Shown here in pieces: positions 44,002-61,370 of a stretch of DNA of 64,000 nt. The DNA comes from the human T2T-CHM13v2.0 reference genome, Homo sapiens: NCBI RefSeq assembly GCF_009914755.1, contig NC_060939.1; one strand, 5' to 3'. The position numbers and the translations under genes were made by a program. The notes beneath the pieces were generated by a model. That model was not told the origin of the DNA and searched no databases. It saw only the letters and a program-made list of their open reading frames with translations. Positions within the stretch are counted from its first letter, which is position 1. The number at the start of each line of letters is the position of its first letter.

Positions 44002-47000
44002 AAGCAGATTCTACAAAAAGAGTGTTTCAAAACTGCTCAATCAAAAGAAAGTTTCAACTCTGTGAGATGAATGCACGCATCACAAAGAAGTTTCTCAGAA
44101 TACTTCTGTCTAGTTTTTATTTTAAGATGTTTCCTTTTCCACCATATGCCTCAAAGTGCTCCAATTACCTATTGCAGATTCTACAAAAAGAGTATTTCTA
44201 AACTGCTCAATCAAAAGAAAGTTTCCACTCTGTGAAATGAATGTACACCTCACAAAGAGTTTCTAAGAATGCTTCTATCTAGTTTTTATATGAAGATATT
44301 TCCTTTTCCAACATAGGCCCCAAAGCGTCCCAATTATCCACTTGCAGATTCTACAAAAAGATTGTTTCAAAACTGCTGAATTGAAAGAAAGCTTCAACTC
44401 TGTAAGATGAATGGACATTCCACAAAGAAGTTCCTCAAATGCTTCTGTCTAGCTTTTATGTGAAGAATCTTCCTTTTCCACCATAGGCCACAAAGCGTTC
44501 CAAATACCCACATGCAGATTCTGCAAAAAGAGTGTTTCAAAACTGCTCACTGAAAAGAAATGTTCAACTATGTGAAATGAATGCACATATCACAAAGATG
44601 TTCCTCATAATGCTACTGTCTAGTTATCGTGTGGAGATATTTCCTATTCCACCATAGGCCTCAAATCGCTCCAAATCTCCATTTGTAGATTCTGCAAAAG
44701 GAGTGTTTGAAAAATGAGAAATCAAAAGAGGCTCAAGCCTGTGAGTTGAAAGCATGCATCACAAAGAAGTTTCTCAGAACGCTTCTGTCTACTTTTTATG
44801 TGAAGGTATTTCCTTTTCCACCACATGCAATGTAGCGCTCCAAATATCCACTTGCAGATTATACAAAAAGAGTGTTTCCAAAATGCTCAATGTAAAGAAA
44901 TGTTCAACTGTGTGAGTTGACTGCACACATCACAAATAAGTTTCTCAGAATGCTTCTGCCTACTTTTTATATGAAGATATTTCCTTTTCCACCCTAAGTT
45001 GCAAAGCAGTCCAAATATCCACTTGCAGATTGCACAAAATGAGTGTTTCAAAACTGCTCCATCAAGAGAAAGTTTCAACTCTGTGAGTTGAATGCACACA
45101 TTACAAATAATTTTCTCAGAATGCTTCTGTCTAGTTTTTATATGAAGATACTTCCTTTTCCACCGTAAGCTGCAAAGCCCTCTAAATATACACTTGCAGA
45201 TTCTACAAAAGGTGTGTTTCAAAAGTGCTCAATCATAAGAACGGTTCAATTCTGAGAGGTGAATGCGTACATCACAAGGAAGTTTCTCAGAATGCGTCTG
45301 TCTAGTTTTTATGTGAAGATATTTCCTTTTCCACCATAGGCCCCAAAGCGAACCAAATATCCACATGCAGATTCTACAGAAAGAGTGTTTAAAAACTGCT
45401 CAATCAGAAGAAAAGTTCAACTCTGTGAGTTGAACGCACACATCACAAAGAAGATTCTCAGAATGCTTCTGTCTAATTTTTATGTGAAGATATTTCCTTT
45501 TCCACCATAAGCCCCAAAGTGCTCCAAATATCCAAAGCAGATTCTACACAAAGAGTGTTTCAAAACTGCTCAATCAAAAGAAAGGTTCAATTCTGTGTGA
45601 TGAATGCACACATCACAAAGAAGTTTCTCAGAATGCTTCTGTCTAGTTTTTATGTGAAGATATTTCCTTTTCCACCATGCGCCTCAAAATGCTTCAAATA
45701 TTGCAGATTTTCCAAAAAGAGTTTTTCCTAAACTACTCAATCAAAAGAAAGGTTCAATTCTGTGAAATGAACACACATATCACTAAGAAGTTTCGCAGAA
45801 TATTACTGTCTAGTTTTTGTGTGAAGATGTTTCCTATTCCACCTTATGCCTCAAGTCGCTCCAAATCTCCACTTGCAGATTCTACAAAAAGAGTGTTTGA
45901 AAACTTCTCAATCAAAAGAGGCTCAAGCCTGTGAGTTGAAAGCATGCATCACAAGGAACTTTCTCAGAATGCTTCTGTCTAGTTTTTATGTTAAGATATT
46001 TCCTTTTCCACCATAGGCCACGTAGCGCTCCAAATATCCACTTGCAGATTATACAAAAAGAGTGTCTCAAAGCTGCTCAATCAAAAGAAAATTTCAACTT
46101 TGTTAGTTGAATACACACATCACAAAGAAGTTTCTCAAAATTCTTCTGTCTAGTTTTTATGTGTAAATATTTCCTTTTCCACCATAGGCCTTAAGCACTC
46201 CAAATATCCACTTGCAGATTGTACAAAAAGAGTGTCTCAAAACTACTCATTTAAAAGAAAGGTTCACCTCTGTGAGATGAATGCAAACATCACAAAGAAG
46301 TTTCTCAGAATGCTTCTGTCTAGTTTTTATGTGAAGATATTTCCTTTTCCAGCATAGGCCGCAAAGCGCTCCAAATATCCACTTGCATATTGTACATAAA
46401 GAGTTTTCAAAACTGCTCAATCAAAAGAATGGTTCAACTCTGTGAGATGAATAAAAACATCATGAAGAAATTTCTCAGAGTGCATCTGTGCAGTTTTTAT
46501 GTGAAGATATTTCCTTTTCCACCATAGGCCAAAAAGGGCTCTAAATATCCACTTGCAGATTCTAAAAAAAGAGTTTCAAAACTGCTCTATCAAAGGAAAG
46601 GTTAAACTCTGTGACATGAATGCACACATCACAAAGTAGTTTCTCAGTATGCTTCTGTGTAGTTTTTATGTGAAGATACTTTCTTTTCCAGTGTAGGTCT
46701 CAATGCTCTCCAAATATCCACTTGCAGATTCTGTAAAAAGAGTGTTTCAAAACTGCTCCATCAAAAGAAAGGTTCACCTCTGTGAGGTGAATGCACACAT
46801 CACAAAGAAGTTTCTCAAAATGCTTCTGTGTAGTTTTTATGTGAAAATATTTCGTTTTCCACAATAGGCCTCAATGTGTTACAAATATCCACTTGGAGAT
46901 TCTACAAAAACTGTTTCCAGCTGCTAAATCAAAAGAAATGTTCAACTCTGTGAGATGAATGCACACATCACAAAGTAGTTTCTGAGAATGCTACTGTTTA

Positions 47001-48368
47001 GTTTTTCTTTGAAGACATTTCCTTTTCCACAATAGGCCTCAGAGCACTCCAAATATCCACTTGCAGATTCTACAAAAAGATTGTTTCAAAACTGCTCAAT
47101 CTAATGAGAGTTTCAACTCTGTGAAATGAATGCCAACATAACAGAGAAGTTTCTCTGTTTGCTTCTGTGTAGTTTTCATAGGAATATATTTCCTTTTCCA
47201 CCATCGGCCACAAAGGTCTCCAAATATCCACTTGCAGATTCTACCAAAAGGGAGATTCAAAGCTGCTCAATCAAAAGATAATCTCAATGACGTGAGATGA
47301 TTGCATATATCACAAAGAAGTTTCTCAGAATGCTTCTGTTAGTTTTTATGTGAAGGTATTTCTTTTTCCACCATAGGACTCAAAACGCTCCAAATATCCA
47401 CTTGCATATTCTACAAAAAGTGTCTCGAAACTGCTCAAACAAAAGAAGGGTTCAACTCTGTGATATGAATGCACACATCAGAAGAAATTTCTCAGAATGC
47501 TTCTGTGTGGTTTTTATGTGGAGATACTTCCTTTTCCACAATAGTCCTCAAAATGCTCCAAATATCCAACTGCAGATTCTACAAAAGGAGTTTTTCAAAA
47601 CTGCTCAATCGAAGGAGAAGTTCAACTCTGTGGGATGAATGCACACATCACAAAGAAGATTCTCAGAATTCTTCTGTGTAGTTTTTATGTGAAGATATTT
47701 CCTTTTCCATAATAGGCCTCAAAGCGCTTCAAATATCCACTTGTAGATTCCATAAAAAGCGTGTTTCAAGTCTGCTCAATCAGAAGAAATATTCAAGTCT
47801 GTGAGATGAATGCACACATCACAAAGAAGTGTCTCAGAATGCTTCTGTCAAGTTTTTATGTGAAGATATTTTCATTTCCACAATAGGCCTCAAGGCGCAC
47901 CAAATATCCACTTGCATAGTATACAAAAAGAGTGTTTCAAAACTGCTCAATCAAAAGAAAGGTTCAACTCAGTGACATCAATGCACACATCACAAAGAAC
48001 TTTCTCAGAATTCTTCTGTGTAGTGTTTATGTGAAGATATTTCCTTATCCATAATAGGCCTCAAAGTGCTCCAAATATCCACTTGCGGACTCTACAAAAA
48101 GAGTTTCAAAATTGCTCAATCAAATGAAAGATTAAAATCTGTGAGATGAATGCACACATCACAAAGAGGTTTCTCAGAATGTTTCTGTGATGTTTTCATG
48201 TGAAGATATTTCCTTTTCCACCATAGGCCGCAAAGGGCTCCAAATATCCACTTACAGATTCTACAAAAAGAGAGTTTCAAAACTGCTCCATCAGAATGTA
48301 TGTTCAACACTGTGTGTTGAATACACACATCACAAAATACTTTCTCACAATGCTTCTGTGTAGTTTTT
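44002..48368 (-). repeat. Monomeric alpha-satellite
   Basis: Diverged ~171-bp A-type monomers in the same orientation; no match to the 3.39-kb period. Confidence 0.96.
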
Positions 48369-48591
48369 TTTCTTTTATTTATTATTATAATAATTTAAGT
48401 TTTAGGGTACATGTGCACAATGTGCAGGTTAGTTACATATGTTCACATGTGCCATCCTGGTGTGCTGCACCCACTAACTCGTCATCTAGCATTAGGTATA
48501 TCTCCCAATGCTATCCCTCCCCCCTCCCCCCACCCCACAATAGTCCCTGGAGTGTGATGTTCCCCTTCCCGTGTCCATGTGTTCTCACTGT

Positions 48592-52414
<3,823 letters not shown>

Positions 52415-52477
52415 TATGATGTTAGCTGGTTATTTTGCTCGTTAGTTGATGCAGTTTCTTCCTAGTCTCGATGGTGT

Positions 52478-53493
52478 TTACATTTTGGCATGATTTTACA
52501 GCGGCTGGTACTTGTTGTTCCTTTCCATGTTTAGCGCTTCCTTCAGGAGCTCTTTTAGGGCAGGCCTGGTGGTGACAAAAACTCTCAGCATTTGCTTGTC
52601 TGTAAAGTATTTTATTTCTCCTTCACTTATGAAGCTTAGTTTGGCTGGATATGAAATTCTGGGTTGAAAATTCTTTTCTTTAAGAATGTTGAATATTGGT
52701 CCCCACTCTCTTCTGGCTTGTAGAGTTTCTGCCAAGAGATCTGCTGTTAGTCTGATAGGCTTCCCTTTGAGGGTAACCCGACCTTTCTCTCTGGCTGCCC
52801 TTAACATTTTTTCCTTCATTTCAACTTTGGTGAATCTGACAATTATGTGTCTTGGAGTTGCTCTTCTCGAGGATTATCTTTGTGGCATTCTCTCTATTTC
52901 CTGAATCTGAATGTTTGCCTGCCTTGTTAGATTGGGGAAGTTCTCCTGGATAATATCCAGCAGAGTGTTTTCCAACTTGTTTCCATTCTCCCCGTCACTT
53001 TCAGGTACACCAATCCGACGTAGATTTGGTCTTTTCACATAGTCCCATATTTCTTGGAGGCTTTGTTTGTTTCTTTTTATTCTTTTTCTCTAAACTTCCG
53101 TTCTCACTTCATTTGATTCATTTCATCTTCCATCGCTGATACCCTTTCTTCCAGTTGATCACATTGGCTCCTGAGGCTTCTGCCTTCTTCACGTAGTTCT
53201 AGAGCCTGGGTTTTCAGCTCCTTCATCACCTTTAAGCACTTCTCTGTATTAGTTATTCTAGTTATACATTCTTCTAAATTTTTTTCAAAGTTTTAAACTT
53301 CTTTGCCTTTGGTTTGAATTTCCTCCCATAGCTCGGAGTAACTTGATCGTCTGAAGCCTTCTTCTCTCAGCTTGTCAAAGTCATTCTCCATCCAGCTTTG
53401 TTCCATTGCTGGTGAGGAACTGTGTGCCTTTGGAGGAGGAGAGATGCTCTGCTTTTTAGAGTTTCCAGTTTTTCTGTTCTGTTTTTCCCCCAT
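52478..53493 (-). pseudogene. L1 ORF1p (RNA-binding protein), disrupted
   Basis: MGEKQNRKTGNSKKQS... ends after 66 aa; the C-terminal part MKEKMLRAAREKGRVTLKGKPIRLTADL is separate and has a premature stop. Confidence 0.92.
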
Positions 53494-54400
53494 CTTTGTG
53501 GTTTTATCTACTTTTGGTCTTTGATGATGGTGATGTACAGATGGGTTTTTGGTGTGGATGTCCTTTCTGCTTGTTAGTTTTCCTTCTAACAGACAGGACC
53601 CTCAGCTGCAGGTCTGTTGGAGTACCCGGCCGTGTGAGGTGTCAGTCTGCCCCTGCTGGGGAGTGCCTCCCAGTTAGGCTGCTCAGGGGTCAGGCATCAG
53701 GGACCCACTTGAGGAGGCAGTCTGCCCATTCTCAGATCACCAGCTGTGTGCTGGGAGAACCACTGCTGTCTTCAAAGCTGTCAGACAGGGACATTTAAGT
53801 CTGCAGAGGTTACTGCTGTCTTTTTGTTTGTCTGTGCCCTGTTGCCAGAGGTGGAGCCTGCAGAGGCAAGCAGGCCTCCTTGAGCTGTGGTGGGCTCCAC
53901 CCAGTTCGAGCTTCCCGGCTGCTTTGTTTACCTAAGCAAGCCTGGGCAATGGCTGGTGCCCCTCCCCCAGCCTCTCTGCCACCTTGCAGTTTGATCTCAG
54001 ACTGCTGTGCTAGCAATCAACGAGACTCCATGGGCATATGACCCTCTGAGCCAGGTGCAGGATATAATCTCCTGGTTTGCCATTTTTTAAGCCCGTCGGA
54101 AAAGCGCAGTCTTCGGGTGGGAGTGACCCGATTTTCCAGGTGCCTTCCGTCATCCATTTCTTTGACTCAGAAGGGAACTCCCTGACCCCTTGTGCTTCCC
54201 AAGTGAGGCAAGGCCTCGCCCTGCTTCGGCTCGCTCATGGTGCGCGCACCCGCTGACCTGCACCCACTGTCTGGCACTCCCTAGTAAGATGAACCCAGTA
54301 CCTCAGATGGAAATGCAGAAATCACCTGTCTTCTGCGTCACTCACGCTGGGAGCTGTAGACCGAAGCTGTACCTATTTGGCCATCTTGGCTCTTCCCCTC
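53494..54400 (-). promoter_or_regulatory. L1 5'UTR (internal sense and antisense promoter region, YY1 site), CpG-decayed
   Basis: ~907 bp upstream of the ORF1 ATG; YY1 motif CAAGATGGCC near the 5' end. Activity cannot be shown from sequence. Confidence 0.8.
53949..54041 (+). pseudogene. L1 ORF0 remnant, truncated at 30 aa
   Basis: ATG at L1 position 452 on the antisense strand translates MAGAPPPASLPPCSLISDCCASNQRDSMGI*, the ORF0 N-terminus with a premature TGA. Confidence 0.75.
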
Positions 54401-56845
54401 GCTTCTGTGTAATTTTTATGTGAAGATATTTCCTTTTCCACCGTATGCCCCAAAGGTCTTCAAATATCTCCTTGCAGATTCTACAAAAAGAAAGTTTAAA
54501 AACTGCTCTATCAAAAGATATGTTCAACTCTGTGGTTTGAATGCACACATCACAAAGATGTTTCTCAGAATGCTTCAGTGTAGTTTTTATGAGTAGACAT
54601 TTCCTTTTCCACAATAGGCTGCAAATGGCTGCAAATATCCACTTGCAGACTCTATAAAAAGGGAGTTTCAAAACTGGCCTATAAAAGATAGGTTTAGCTC
54701 TGTGAGATGAATGCACACATCACAAAGAAGTTTCTCAAAATGTTTCTGTGTAATTTTTTATGTGAAGATATTTCCTTTTCCACCATAGGCCTGAAAGAGC
54801 TCCAAATATGCACATGTAGATTCTACAAAAAGAGTGTTTCAAAACTGCTCAATGAAAAGAAAGTTCATCTCTGTGAGGTGAATGCATGCATCACGAATAA
54901 TTTTCTCAGAATGCTTCTGTGTTGTTTTCATGTGAAGATATTTCCTTTTCCACCATAGGCCTCAAAGCACTTCAAATTTCCACTTCCAGGTTCTACAAAA
55001 GGAGAGTTTCAAAACTGCTTAATCAAAAGAAAGTTTTATCTTTGTGAGATGAATGCACACATCAGAAATTAGTTTCTCAGAGTGCTTCTGTCTAGTTTCT
55101 ATGTGAAGATATTTCCTTTATCTCAATAGTCCACAAAGCCCTCCAAATATCCTCTTGCAGATCCTACAAAAGGTGTATTTCAAAACTGCTCAATGAAAAG
55201 AAATGTTCAAGTCTGAGGGATGAACGTACACATCACAAAGAAGTTTCTCAGAATGCTTCTGTCTAGTTTTTATGTGAAGATATTTCCTTTTCCACTATAG
55301 GCGGCAAAGCGCTCCAAATATCCACTTGCAGAATCTACAAAAAGAGTGTTTCAAAACTGCTCAGTCAAAAGAAAGGTTCAACTCCGTGAGTTGAATGCAC
55401 ACATCACAAAGAAGTTGTTCAGAATGCTTCCGTCTAGATTTTACGTGAAGATATTTCCTTTACCAGCAAAGGATGCAATTCGTTTCAAATATCCTCTTAC
55501 AGATTCTACTAAAAGAGTCTTTCAAAACTGCTCAATCAAAATAAAGTTTCAACCCGGTGAGATGAATGCACACAACACAATGAAGTTTTTCAGAATGCTT
55601 CCGTCTAATTTTTATATGAAAGTATTTCCTTTTCCACAATAGACCTCAAAGCCCTCTAAATGTACACTTGCAGATTCTACAAAAAGAGTGTTTAAAAACT
55701 GCTCAATGAAAGGAAGGTTCAACTCCCTGAGGTGAATGCACAGATTACAAAGGAGTTTGTCAGAATATTTCTGTCTCGTTTTTGTGTGAAGATATTTCCC
55801 TTTCCACTGTAGGCATCAAAGTGCTCCAAATGTCCACTTGCAGATGCTACAAAAACTGTGTTTGCAAGCTGCTAAATCGAAAGAAATGTTCAACTCTGTG
55901 AAATGAATGCACACATCACAGAGAAGTTTCTCAGAATGCTTCTGTCTAGTTATTATGTGAAGATATTTCGTTATCCACCATATGCCTCAAAGCGCTCTTA
56001 ATGTCCACTTGTAGATTATACCAAAATTGTGTTTCCAAGCTGCTCAATCAAAAGAAATATTCAACTCTGTGAGATGAATGCACACATCACAAAGAAGTTT
56101 CTCAGAATGCTTCTGTCTAGTTATTATGTGAAGATATTTCGTTATCCACCATTGGACTCAAAGCCCTCCAAATGTCCACTTGCAGATTCTACAAAAAGAG
56201 TTTCAAAAGTGCTCAATGGAAATTAAGATTCAACTCTGTGAGATGAATGCACATATCACAAAGAAGCTTGTCAGAATGTTTCTCTATAGTTTTTATGTGA
56301 AGATACTCCCTTTTCCACCATAGGCTTCAAAGCGCTCCAAATGTCTACATGAAGATTGTGCAAAGTGTTTCAAGGCTGTTTAATCAAATGAAAGGTTCAA
56401 CCTTGTGAGATGAATGCACACATCACAAAGAAATTTGTCAGAATGCTTCTGTCTAATTTTGTGAAGATATTTCCTTTTCCAAAATAGGCCTCAAAGCACT
56501 CCAAATGTCCACTGGCAGATAGTACAAAAAGGGTGTTTCAAAACTGCTCAATCAAAACTAAGGTTCAACTCTGTGAATTGAACGCACATATGACAAAGAA
56601 CTTTGTCAGAATGCTTCTGTCTAGTTTTCATGTGAAGATATTTTCTTTTCACCATATACCACAAATCGCTCCATAGGTCCACTTGCAGATTCTACAAAAA
56701 GAGTGTTTCCAATCTGCTCAATAAAAAGAAAGGTTCAACTCTCTGAGAAAAATGCACACATCACAAAGAAGTTTCTCAGAATGCTTCTGTCTAGGTTTTA
56801 TGTGAAGATATTTCCCCTTCCACCATAGGCCTAAAAGCGCTCCAA
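54401..56845 (-). repeat. Monomeric alpha-satellite
   Basis: Resumes in register with the monomer interrupted by the L1; ~14 diverged monomers. Confidence 0.96.
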
Positions 56846-56984
56846 TCCACTCCACTGCATTCCATTCCTTCCCATTGCATTCCACTCCATTCCACTCTAA
56901 TCCACTCCACTCCAATCCACTCCATTCCATTCCATTCCGTTCCATTCGATTCCATTATATTACACTACAGTCCATTCCATTCAT

Positions 56985-57047
56985 TTCTTTCGAAATGATC
57001 TCACTCTGTCACCAAGGCTGGAGTGCAGTGGCGCAATTTCTGCTCAC
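56985..57047 (-). mobile_element. Alu 3'-end fragment in HSat3 (1 of 6)
   Basis: GATCTCACTCTGTCACCAAGGCTGGAGTGCAGTGGCGCAATTTCTGCTCAC. Confidence 0.88.
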
Positions 57048-57240
57048 ATTTCTTTTCACCATTCCATTACATTCCATTGCATTCCATTCCATTCTATTCC
57101 ATTCCACTCCACTCCACTCCACTCCATTACATTCTATCCCATTCCACTCCACTACATTCCACTCTACTCCACTCCACTCGACTCCACTCCACTCCGTTCC
57201 ATTCCATTCCATTCCATTCAACTCCATTCCATTCCATTCC

Positions 57241-57304
57241 TTTATTTTGACAGGATCTCACACTGTCAACCAGCCTGGACGACAGTGGAACAATCTCAGC
57301 TCAC
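57241..57304 (-). mobile_element. Alu 3'-end fragment in HSat3 (2 of 6)
   Basis: GACAGGATCTCACACTGTCAACCAGCCTGGACGACAGTGGAACAATCTCAGCTCAC. Confidence 0.85.
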
Positions 57305-57476
57305 ATTTCATTTCACCATTCCATTCCATTCAATTCCACTCCTTTCAACTCCATTCCATTCCACTCCACTCCACTCCACACCACTGCACTCCATTCCATT
57401 CCACTTCATTGCATTCCACTCCACTCCACTCCACTCCACTCCATTCCATTCCATTCCATCCCATTGCATTCAACTT

Positions 57477-57534
57477 ACTACACTACACTACACTACACTA
57501 CACTACACTACACTACACTACACTACACTACACT
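57477..57534 (+). repeat. Perfect (CACTA)n pentanucleotide microsatellite, 10 full units
   Basis: 57481-57530 = (CACTA)10. Confidence 0.95.
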
Positions 57535-57616
57535 CCCTTCCATTCCATTCCATTCCATTCCATTCCATTCCATTCCACTCCATTCCATTCCATTCCACTC
57601 CATTCCATTCCATTCC

Positions 57617-57680
57617 TTTCTTTCAACAGGATCTCACTCTGTCACCCAGGCTGGAGTGCAGTGGAACAATCTCAGCTGAT
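57617..57680 (-). mobile_element. Alu 3'-end fragment in HSat3 (3 of 6)
   Basis: ACAGGATCTCACTCTGTCACCCAGGCTGGAGTGCAGTGGAACAATCTCAGCTGAT. Confidence 0.9.
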
Positions 57681-57753
57681 ATTTCACTTCACCTTTCCAA
57701 AGCATTCCATTCCATTCCATTCCATTCCATTCCATTCCATTCCATTCCATTCC

Positions 57754-57817
57754 TTTCTTTCAACAAGATCTCACTCTGTCACCCAGGCTGGAGTGCAGTG
57801 GAACAATCTCAGCTGAT
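57754..57817 (-). mobile_element. Alu 3'-end fragment in HSat3 (4 of 6)
   Basis: Near-identical to fragment 3, 137 bp downstream. Confidence 0.9.
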
Positions 57818-58377
57818 ATTTCACTTCACCATTCCAAAGCATTCCATTCCATTCCATTCCATTCCATTCCATTCCATTCCATTCCAAACATTCCACTCAA
57901 CTGCACTCAACTCCTCTCCACTTCACTCCACTTCACTCCACTCAACTCCATTCCCTTCCATTCCATTCCATTCCATTCCACTCCATTCCCCTTCACTCCA
58001 CTCCAGTCCACTCCACTACATCCCATTCCATCCCATTCCATTTCTCTCCATTCCACTCCACTCCACTGAAGTCCACTCCACTCCATCCCAATCCATCCCA
58101 TCCAATTCTGCTCCATTCCACTCCACTCCATTCCAGTCCACTCTACTCTACTCCACTCCACTCCACTACCCTCCATTCCATTGAATCCCCTTCCATTCTA
58201 CTCCATTACACTCCACTCCACTCCAAACCACTCCACTCTACTACACTCCATTCCATTCCATCCCATTCCATTCCACAGCATTCCACTCCACTCCACTCCA
58301 CTTGATGCCACTCCACTAAACTCCACTCCACTCCACTCCATTGCATTCCATTCCATTCCACTCCATTCCATCCCTAA

Positions 58378-58438
58378 CTTTCGACAGGATCTCACTCTGT
58401 TCCACATGTTGTAGTGCAGTGGCACAATCTTAGCTGAC
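58378..58438 (-). mobile_element. Alu 3'-end fragment in HSat3 (5 of 6)
   Basis: GACAGGATCTCACTCTGTTCCACATGTTGTAGTGCAGTGGCACAATCTTAGCTGAC. Confidence 0.83.
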
Positions 58439-61370
58439 ATTTCATTTCACCACTCCATTCCATTCCATTCCATTCCATTCTATTCCATTCCACTCCACTC
58501 CACTCAACTCCACTCCAGTCCACTACATTCCATCAATTCCACTCCACTCCACTCCATTCCATCCCATTCCATTTCACTCCATTGCACTCCACTCGGCTCC
58601 ACTCAACTCCACTCCAATACAATCTACTCCATTCCATTCCATTACATCCCATTCCATTCCACTCCACTGCAATCCACTCACATCCACTCCACTCCAAACC
58701 ACTCCACTCCATTTCACTTCACTCCATTCCATTCCACTCCATTACATTCCATTCAATTCCACCTTATTCCACTACACTCTAATCCACTCCATTCCATTCC
58801 ATCCCATTCCATTCCATTCCACTCCACGCCACTTGACTCCACTCCATTCCACTCTACTCCATCCCATTTCATTCCACTCAATTCCACTCTACTCCATCCC
58901 ATTTCATTCCACACCATTCCCCTACACTCCACTCCACTCCAGTCCATTCCACTCCATTCCATTCCATTCCAGTCCATTCCATTCCACGCCATTCCACTAC
59001 ATTCTACTCCAATCCACTCCACTCCACACCACTCCGTTCCATTCCATTCCATTCTATTCTGTTCCATTCCATTCCATTCTGTTCCATTCCATTCCATTCC
59101 ACTCCACTCAATTCCATTCCACTCCATTCCACTCCACTCCACTCCATTTCACTCCACTGCACTCCACTGAACACCATTCCATTCCATTCCATTCCATTCC
59201 ATTCCATTCCACTGCACTCTGATCCACTCCACTCAACTTCTCTCCACTCCATTCCATTCCACTCCACTCCATTCCACTCCACTCCATTCCACTCCACTCC
59301 ACTCCATTCCACTCCACTCCACTCCACTCTATTCCAATCCATTCCATTCCATTCCATTCCTTCCCATTGCACTCTTTCCACTCCATTCCACTCCACACCA
59401 CTCCACCCATATCCACTCCATTCCATTCCACTCCATTCCATTCCATTCCATTCCATTCAACTGCTCTCTGATCCACTCACTTCAACTCCACTCCACTCCG
59501 TTCTGTTCCGTTGCATTCCATTCCATTCCATTCCATTCCACTCCATTCCATTCCATTCCAATCCATTACATTCCTCTCCATTCCATTCCATTCCACTCCA
59601 TTCCACTCCACTCCACTCCCTTCCATTCCATTAAATTCCACTGCACTCCAATCCACTCCACTCCACTCCCTTCCATTCCATTAAATTCCACTGCACTCCA
59701 ATCCACTCAACTCAACTCCACTCCAGTCCACTCCACTCAACTCCGTTCCATTCCACTCCAATCCATTGCACTCCACTCCACTCCATTCCATTCGATTCAA
59801 TTCCATTCCACTCCACGCCACTCGACTCCACTCTATTCCATTTTGTTCCATTCCGTTCCTTTCCATTCCCTTCCATTCCATTACACTCCATTCCATTCCA
59901 CTCGACTCCATTCCAATCCACTCCATTTCACTCCACTCCACTCTATTCAACTCCACTCCACTCCACTCCATTCCATTCCACTTCATTCCATTCCATTCCA
60001 TTTCACTCCATTCCATTCCACTCCATTCCATGCCGTTCCATTCCACTCCACTCCATTCAACTCCACTCCACTCCATTCCACTCCACTCCATTCAACTCCA
60101 CTCCACTCCATTCCACTCCATTCCATTCAACTGCATTCCATTCCACTCCACTCCATTTCTCTCCATTCCACTCCATTCTATTCCAACCCATTTCATTCTA
60201 TTCCACTCTATTCCATTCCATTCCACTTCAGTCCATTCCATTCCACCCCAGGCCATTCCACTCCACTCCAGTCGATTAAATTCCAGTCCATTTCATTCCA
60301 CCCCACTCCATTCCCTTTTATTAGAGACCATTCCGTTCCATTCCACTCCATTTCACTGCATTACATTCAACTCCACTACACTAAATTCCACTACATTACA
60401 CTCCATTAAACTCCACTCAACACCACTTCATTCCATTCCAATCCAGTCCCCTCCAATTTACTCCATTCCACTCCACCCCATTCCATTCCATTCCATTCCA
60501 CTCCACTCCATTCCACTGCATTACATTCCACTCCATTCCATTCCATTCCACTCCACTCCATTCAACTCCATTCTACTCCATTCCTTTCCTCTCCATTCCA
60601 TTCCTTTCCATTCCATACCATTCCATTCCACTCCACTCCACTCCACCCCAATCCAGTCCACTTCTCTCCATTCCAATGCACTCCACTGCATTCCGTTCTT
60701 TTCCACTCCATTCCGTTCCTCTCCGTTCCACTCAATTCCACTACATTAAACTCCACTCCACTTCACTCCACTCCACTCAATTCCATTCCAATGCATTCCA
60801 CTCCATTCGAATCCATTCCACTCCATTCCACTCCACCCCACTCCATTCCATTCCACTCCACTCCACTCCACTCCATTTCATTCCACTCCATTCTATTCGA
60901 TTCCTCTCCATTCCACTCTATTCCACTCCACTCCATTTCATTCCACTGCATTCCTTTCCATTCCACTCCATTCCACTCTATTCCACTCCACTCCATACCA
61001 CTCCTCTCCATTCCTCTCCACTCCATTCCACTCCACTCCATTCCACTCTATTCCACTCCACTCCATACCACTCCTCTCCATTCCTCTCCACTCCATTCCA
61101 CTCCACTCCATTCCATTCCACACCATTCCGTTGCATTTCACTCCATTCCATTCCATTCCATTCTAATCCATTCCACTAAATTCCACTCCACTCCATTCCG
61201 CTATACTCCCTTCCAATACACTCCACTCCAATCCATTCAATTCCATTCGATTCCACTCCATTCCATGCAATTCCATTCCACTCCATTCTACTCCCTCCAT
61301 TCCACTCCACTGCTCTCCATTCTATTCCATTCCATTCCACTCCACTCCATTCCATTCCATTCCATTCCGT

